Part shown: in pieces, positions 58,564 through 64,000 of the stretch | Numbering within the stretch: the first letter of the stretch is position 1 | Layout: every line of letters begins with the position of its first letter | Assembly: GCA_018830525.1 (NCBI GenBank) | Contig: JAHJSH010000029.1 | Span: 105,697-169,696 of the forward strand | Length of the DNA stretch: 64,000 bases | Reading direction: 5' to 3' | From: Nanobdellota archaeon | GTDB taxonomy: Archaea > Nanobdellota > Nanobdellia > Pacearchaeales > GW2011-AR1 | The notes under the pieces: model-generated | Told to the model about the DNA's origin: nothing | Database searches by the model: none | Seen by the model: only the letters and a program-made list of their open reading frames with translations | Position numbers and translations under genes: made by a program

Positions 58564-59362
58564 AAAATTAATTGAAGAGATAAAAAAGAAACGAGAATTT
58601 TCTGGTTTGCCGGATTCGATTGTTGAGCGAGCTGCGGAAATGGCAAAAGGTGCCCCAAATGGGCATGACTCTGGTGAGCCCGATGTGAAAAAATCTAGAG
58701 CTTTACTTCGGAAATATTTTGGAGTTTTTTTAACTAATAAAGTTTTGAAAGGAAAAGGTTCTGCTGAGGAAATGTTGAAATCTCATATGTCTTCTAAGAA
58801 AAGGGATTATGAAGAGTTTTATGGGGAGATTTTTAAGGGGATGGGAAATGTGGGCTCGGTAATTGATTTGGGGGCTGGAGCGAATGGATTTTCTTATGAT
58901 TATTTGAAAAAGGAACTTGGTGCAGTGAACTATTTGGCGGTTGAAGCCTCTGGGCAGTTAGTAGATAATATGAATGATTATTTTCAGGAGAATAAATTTT
59001 CTGCTAAGGCTGTTGTCGGGGATTTATTTGATCTGGAGAGGATTAAGGGTCTTTTGGAATCTCAGAAGAAGCCTCGGGTCGTGTTTATGTTTCAGGTTGT
59101 TGATGCCTTGGAGAATTTGGAGAAAGATTTTTTTAAGAAATTTTTTTTGAGGGTATCGAAGGAATGTGAAAAGATTGTTTTGAGCTTGCCTACAGAAAGT
59201 TTGGGCGGTAGAAAGAAGTTTGCAGTTCAGAGAAAATGGATTATTGATTTTTTGTCCTCAAAGGATGACCCTGGTGGCCCGTGCGAGAATTTTATGATTG
59301 AAAAAGATTTTAAGACGAATGGTGAAAGGGTATTAGTTATTGGGAAGAAGCCAAATAATTAA
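58556..59362 (+). CDS. SAM methyltransferase resembling the FmrO/ArmA 16S rRNA methyltransferase family
   Basis: L.SH.SS..R, DLGAG.N and SLPT.SLGGR motifs. Confidence 0.6.
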   Translation: MDKKLIEEIKKKREFSGLPDSIVERAAEMAKGAPNGHDSGEPDVKKSRALLRKYFGVFLTNKVLKGKGSAEEMLKSHMSSKKRDYEEFYGEIFKGMGNVGSVIDLGAGANGFSYDYLKKELGAVNYLAVEASGQLVDNMNDYFQENKFSAKAVVGDLFDLERIKGLLESQKKPRVVFMFQVVDALENLEKDFFKKFFLRVSKECEKIVLSLPTESLGGRKKFAVQRKWIIDFLSSKDDPGGPCENFMIEKDFKTNGERVLVIGKKPNN

Positions 59363-59386
59363 ATAGGGTTGTTATTATTCTAATTT

Positions 59387-60577
59387 ATGAAATTTAAGAA
59401 AAAAGTTTTAGCTAATGGATTGACTGTTTTGCACGAGAAGCGAGACGTTCCAGTTACTACAGTTATGCTCGCAGTGAAGTATGGGGCGGCTTACGAGACT
59501 GCGGAAGAAAAGGGGATTGCGCATTTTATTGAGCATCTTTGTTTTAAGGGGACGGATAAAAGAGATGTTAAACAGATTGCAGATGAAGTTGAAAAAGTCG
59601 GGGGAGATTTGAACGCGTTTACTCATGAAGAGATTACTGCTTATCATGTTAAGTTGCCTTCAGAGCATTTGAATATTGCAATGGATGTTATTTTCGATAT
59701 TTTCTTTAATGCGAATTTTCCTGATGCAGAAGTTGAAAAAGAGGGGAATGTAATTTGTGAAGAAATTAAAATGTATAGGGATAATCCTCGGTCGCATGTT
59801 TTGGATAAGATAAAAAATAATTTGTATGAAAAACCTTTTGGTGAATTTATTGGGGGGACTAAGGAGACTGTGAAAAGTATGACTCGGGAACAATTATTTG
59901 AGAAGCATCGAGCAGTTTATATTCCAAAGAATTCTATTTTATGTGTCGTTGGAAATAATAATCTTGATGAGATTCTTAAGTTGGCTGAAAAGGTTTCAGT
60001 TGATAGGGATGGAAAAATTTCTCCAGTTCCTGAAATAAAATTACAAACTGTGAAGGATGTTGAGAAACGGGGGGATATTCATCAAGCTAATCTTGCCCTG
60101 GGGTTTCATTTTCCGATTGTTGGAGAAAAAGGGAGGTATGCTGCAGAAGTTTTTTCCACGATTCTTGGGCAAGGGATGTCCTCGAAATTATTTAGTGAGG
60201 TGAGAGAGAAACGGGGGCTTGTTTATGGTGTGAAGTCCGAGCTTGATTTAGGCAAGAATTATGGTTATATGATTATTTGGGCTGGGACTGATCCGGAAAA
60301 AGTTAGCCAGGTTATGGATATTAGTTTGAAGGAATATGCTAAGATGGGGAAGATAACAGAAAAAGAATTAAGTGAAGCGAAAGTCCAGGTTATCGGGAAT
60401 AGACGTGTTGAGTCTGAAGGTTCAAATGATACTGCGGTTAATTTGATTTTGGAAGAGGCTGTGGGAAATGCTGAGGACTATTATGAATATGAGAAGAATA
60501 TTAATTCTGTTACTCTTGAGGACATAAAAGAATTGGCAAAGATTTCTGAGTATGCGAGTTTTAGTTTAGAACCTTAA
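59387..60577 (+). CDS. M16 zinc peptidase
   Basis: HFIEH (HxxEH), NAFT and REKRGLVY motifs. Confidence 0.95.
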   Translation: MKFKKKVLANGLTVLHEKRDVPVTTVMLAVKYGAAYETAEEKGIAHFIEHLCFKGTDKRDVKQIADEVEKVGGDLNAFTHEEITAYHVKLPSEHLNIAMDVIFDIFFNANFPDAEVEKEGNVICEEIKMYRDNPRSHVLDKIKNNLYEKPFGEFIGGTKETVKSMTREQLFEKHRAVYIPKNSILCVVGNNNLDEILKLAEKVSVDRDGKISPVPEIKLQTVKDVEKRGDIHQANLALGFHFPIVGEKGRYAAEVFSTILGQGMSSKLFSEVREKRGLVYGVKSELDLGKNYGYMIIWAGTDPEKVSQVMDISLKEYAKMGKITEKELSEAKVQVIGNRRVESEGSNDTAVNLILEEAVGNAEDYYEYEKNINSVTLEDIKELAKISEYASFSLEP

Positions 60578-61260
60578 TCTTTTAGTAACCCTAAGAATTT
60601 TTCCATTTTGTTTTCGTCGAGTATTTCCTTGAGGTCTTCTTTTGTTGTATTGAATACTTTTTGGAGTGTTGGGAATTTATCTAAAAGATTTTTTGCGGTG
60701 GCTGGTCCGATTCCCGGGAATCCTTCAAGAATAAACTGTTTTTGTTCTTCAGGCGTTTTGAAAGTTTTAGAGGGTCTTATGGAATCTTGGGACTTTGGTC
60801 TTTCATATCTTTTCGCGACAAGGATAAGGAAGTTGGCGGTGTCTTTTTCGTCTTCGGTGTAGATTATTGGGATTTGGTAATCTATTGCAACCGAGAGGAG
60901 CATTCCTCGAATTGCATTTTCATGAACATTGAATTTGTTGTAGTCATAACAAAACCCTTCAATAATTAGGAAATATTTGGGATATTTTTTTATTTCTCTT
61001 AATTGGTCGAATAATCTTTTGTTTAGCATTGAGCCGACGAAGTCTGAGAAAGTTTTTCTTTCAATAATCGTGTCTTGAATTAAGTAATCTCCTATTTTTA
61101 ATTTTTCAAAATCGATATTTGCTTTCTTTTCCATCAAGTTTGCTGCGATGAGGGATTGTTTTTCTCGGGTGTCTATGATTATTGGGGTTTTTGGGTTCGG
61201 GCAAATAGGTTCTTTTTCCAGTTTCTTTTTTGAGAAGATGTTTTCAATTTGTTTTTTCAT
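60574..61260 (-). CDS. ERCC4/XPF nuclease with HhH (nuclease half of Hef)
   Basis: DTRE, GDY..ERKT..D and PGIGP motifs. Confidence 0.92.
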   Translation of the reverse strand: MKKQIENIFSKKKLEKEPICPNPKTPIIIDTREKQSLIAANLMEKKANIDFEKLKIGDYLIQDTIIERKTFSDFVGSMLNKRLFDQLREIKKYPKYFLIIEGFCYDYNKFNVHENAIRGMLLSVAIDYQIPIIYTEDEKDTANFLILVAKRYERPKSQDSIRPSKTFKTPEEQKQFILEGFPGIGPATAKNLLDKFPTLQKVFNTTKEDLKEILDENKMEKFLGLLKD

Positions 61261-62795
61261 AGTAATGTTTGTTGTCTTTCTCCTGACTCAAAATCTTTTT
61301 TTATGTCATCAATTGCCTTATACATTCTTTTTTCTTTGTGATAGGCAGTATAGTGGTAAGCTTGGTCTCGGGTATTTTTTGTGATGAGAATCTTTAGCGA
61401 GCCTTTTGAAAGTCTTGCGGTTCGTCCTCTTCGCTGAATTGATCTTATTGCGCTTGGGATTGGTTCGTAGAAAATTACCTCATTAACTTCGGGAATGTCT
61501 AAACCCTCCTCGGCAATGGATGTTGCGACAAGAATGTTTATTTTTCCTTCTCTGAATTGTTTAATCATCTCTTTTTGCTCTCTTTGTTTCAACCCGGTTG
61601 TTTTTCCCTTGCCGTGGTCTTTCATTGCTTGTCCTACAAAATTTTCCGCTTTTATCCCCGGGAGTTTATTTAACATTTCGGAGATTGTTCTAACTGTTTC
61701 TCTGAATTGTGCGAAGATTATTATTTTTGATTTGGTGTCTTTGTTAAATTGTTCTCTGATTATTTCTTTCAGAACTTCTAATTTAGGGTGTTCTTTGTTG
61801 AGTGTTGTTGCAAGAGTGTAGGCTTTTGCGAAATGGGGGTCTTTGACAAGTTTTTGGACTCCCTTTGATTTTTTCTCGGTGGCTTGTTTGAATAAATCTT
61901 TCAAGTAAATTATGAATGATGAAAGTGTTTGGGTCTCTAAAAGTTCTAACGCATGGGAAATTTTTAGTGCGGTTGCGCATGCAGAAACTGCTAGCATACT
62001 GTTCATACTTCTCCCCCTTCTTAGTGAATTCATAAGGTTTGCTTGAGTTTTGAGGAGCATTGTTTTGCTTGGATATCCAAAGAGGACTTTTCGGTGTTTT
62101 AATTCACCCACTTTTCTGTTATAGATTTCTTCGAGTAGCATTCTGATTTCTTGAAATTCTGGGGGGAAATCTACTTCAATTTTCTCAAATTCTAGCTCTT
62201 GGAGATAGGGTTTTACATCTGCACTTTCAGTTGTTCTGATTTCTACAGCTTCTATTCCTAAGTTCTCACAGACTTTGGTTATTGTTTCTTTATCTGAACC
62301 GGGGGAGGCGGTTAGTGCGAGGACTCTTCTATTGGTTGCTTGTAATTTGTATTTTTGAGCGACCCTATTGTAAGCATAATTCTTGAGGCATCGATGACAT
62401 TCATCTACGACTAGGAGACTTACTTCGTCTAATTGGTATAATCCTTTTTCTAGATCATTTGCAATGCATTGGGGTGTAGAGAAAATAAACTCGGCAGTTT
62501 GCCATATTTTTTTCCTTTGGTCTGCGGGTGTTTTTCCGGTAAAGAGTTGCATGTCTGCCCATCCTTCTGGCAAGGATTTTTTGAAAGATTCAAAATGCTG
62601 TTCAATCAAAGGTCTTGTAGGGGCGAGTATGATAATTTTCTCAAGAGGAAATTTTTTAAATCGGTCTATTGCCATCATTAAGGCTATGAGGGTTTTCCCG
62701 GTTCCGGTTGGAAGAACAACTAAACAATCTTTTTCCTTGCAAGTTTCAAAAATCGTCTGTTGGTAGTCTCGGGGAATTGTATCCATTTCATCCAT
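61257..62795 (-). CDS. Hef/FANCM-like SF2 helicase
   Basis: PTGTGKT, DECH, TASPG, EEGLD and QRRGRTAR motifs. Confidence 0.93.
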   Translation of the reverse strand: MDEMDTIPRDYQQTIFETCKEKDCLVVLPTGTGKTLIALMMAIDRFKKFPLEKIIILAPTRPLIEQHFESFKKSLPEGWADMQLFTGKTPADQRKKIWQTAEFIFSTPQCIANDLEKGLYQLDEVSLLVVDECHRCLKNYAYNRVAQKYKLQATNRRVLALTASPGSDKETITKVCENLGIEAVEIRTTESADVKPYLQELEFEKIEVDFPPEFQEIRMLLEEIYNRKVGELKHRKVLFGYPSKTMLLKTQANLMNSLRRGRSMNSMLAVSACATALKISHALELLETQTLSSFIIYLKDLFKQATEKKSKGVQKLVKDPHFAKAYTLATTLNKEHPKLEVLKEIIREQFNKDTKSKIIIFAQFRETVRTISEMLNKLPGIKAENFVGQAMKDHGKGKTTGLKQREQKEMIKQFREGKINILVATSIAEEGLDIPEVNEVIFYEPIPSAIRSIQRRGRTARLSKGSLKILITKNTRDQAYHYTAYHKEKRMYKAIDDIKKDFESGERQQTLL

Positions 62796-62845
62796 AGTTT
62801 ATTGAGATAAGGGAGGTTTATAAATTTTGGAGTGGTGGATTCTAT

Positions 62846-63148
62846 ATGGTGGTTGAATTTCCTTGGTGGTTTTATCCAATTCTTGTTTGGACTCTGTTTT
62901 GGAAGGGTGTCGCAATGTGGAAATCTGCGAGGAATAATCAGGCAATTTGGTTTGTTGCTTCTTTGGTGATTAATACCTTTGGGATCTTACCAATTATTTA
63001 TCTTCGGTGGTTCCAACAGGATTGGAATAAAAGGTCGGCGGAAGCCCCCATGTTTTTCTCGCAAGCTCGAAAAAAAAGATTTCTAAAAAGTTGGTTCGGA
63101 AGAGAAGGGTTAAGAAGAAATCTCCTCGATTGTTTAAATAACTGTTAA
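62846..63148 (+). CDS. DUF5652-like small membrane protein
   Basis: WKG.A.WKSARN.Q..WF...INT.GILPIIY motif. Confidence 0.75.
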   Translation: MVVEFPWWFYPILVWTLFWKGVAMWKSARNNQAIWFVASLVINTFGILPIIYLRWFQQDWNKRSAEAPMFFSQARKKRFLKSWFGREGLRRNLLDCLNNC

Positions 63149-63763
63149 TCCCCAACCAAGGATTATTAGTGTAATCGTTACCAGTGTTATCCAAAGTCCT
63201 CTGCTTGAAAAGAATATCTTTGAACCGTCCAGCCCGGATAATGGGATGAGCGACCAGGCTGCAAAGTAGATGCTGAGTCTCGCGAATAATTCGAATCCGG
63301 CAATATACCCAATTATACCGAGGAGGAGGTTTAAAATTATTCCCCATGCTGCAATCCATGCGATGTGCCATTCAGTTACTTGAGTAAATCTATAGAGTCC
63401 GTGCCTTTTTGCTACTCTTTCTGTTTTTGGTGTGACATCAAACTCTAAAACTGCTAACCACCAAAAGACTCCTCTTGTAAATAGGGATAATAGAAGTGGA
63501 ATCCAGATCATTGGAACGGGTTTTTTGAAGTGGGAATCTTTTCTAAATCCATATTGATACCATGACCAGAACTTTGTTCGGACATTTATTTCTAAAAAGT
63601 ATCCGACGGTTTTTTTGATTAAGATGTTTGCTCCAATGATTATTAAGAAACTTATTCCAGCGGTGTAGGCTATTGAGGTATCTCTAAATCCAATACTCAC
63701 TGCGAGGACTAGTGAGGCGAGAATTATGATAACGATTTCAATTAGGGATTTTTTGATATCCAT
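63134..63763 (-). CDS. M50-like membrane protein (no HExxH)
   Basis: LIP...LDG.KI motif; multiple TM helices. Confidence 0.6.
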   Translation of the reverse strand: MDIKKSLIEIVIIILASLVLAVSIGFRDTSIAYTAGISFLIIIGANILIKKTVGYFLEINVRTKFWSWYQYGFRKDSHFKKPVPMIWIPLLLSLFTRGVFWWLAVLEFDVTPKTERVAKRHGLYRFTQVTEWHIAWIAAWGIILNLLLGIIGYIAGFELFARLSIYFAAWSLIPLSGLDGSKIFFSSRGLWITLVTITLIILGWGLTVI

Positions 63764-63849
63764 ATATTATTGAAGGAGATATTTTTTATAAATCTATTGG
63801 CCTAGAAAATCTCCCTGTAGGTGATCTGGTGATCTAAGGTTTTCTCTTA

Positions 63850-63902
63850 CTCGCAATTTGCATCTAGAGATATTTATTTTAATCTAGAAGCGAATTGCTC
63901 GG
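63850..63902 (+). repeat. Family A hairpin element (preceded by a family C copy at 63813-63833)
   Basis: CTCGCAATTTGCAT-CTAGA...TCTAG-AAGCGAATTGCTCGG. Confidence 0.8.
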
Positions 63903-64000
63903 CTTCATGCTTCATTTAATGTAATCGGCTTCGTCGTAGGGGGATTATTAGTATGTCTTGAATCATAGAAATGTATTTAAATGAAATGTTTTTAGTTCAA

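Overview
AT-rich archaeal chromosome segment, most consistent with a DPANN (Pacearchaeota/Woesearchaeota-like) organism. It carries: a surface-glycan locus (1-14.8 kb) with a GDP-heptose pathway; secDF; five tRNAs; a solitary short 5S rRNA; an rpoN missed by the ORF track (ATT start); an intein-containing ABC ATPase; a ribosomal/RNAP cluster; xerA; a repeat-rich cluster of winged-helix genes; a cdc6-linked candidate origin followed by PolD (intein in DP2); and housekeeping genes. The main unexplained signal is a set of 20-130 bp hairpin elements in at least three families. They sit in damaged duplicate copies of all five tRNAs, often with a forward-inverted-forward rearrangement. In one case they enclose an intact tRNA, and they also occur at gene junctions and as in-frame peptide insertions. 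Families A and C keep one orientation on the + strand. Also notable: paired coiled-coil/wHTH genes with iteron-like repeats inside their own coding sequence, an A34 tRNA-Leu(AAG), and a PurF lacking the catalytic Cys. All calls are by eye from motifs; no searches were run.
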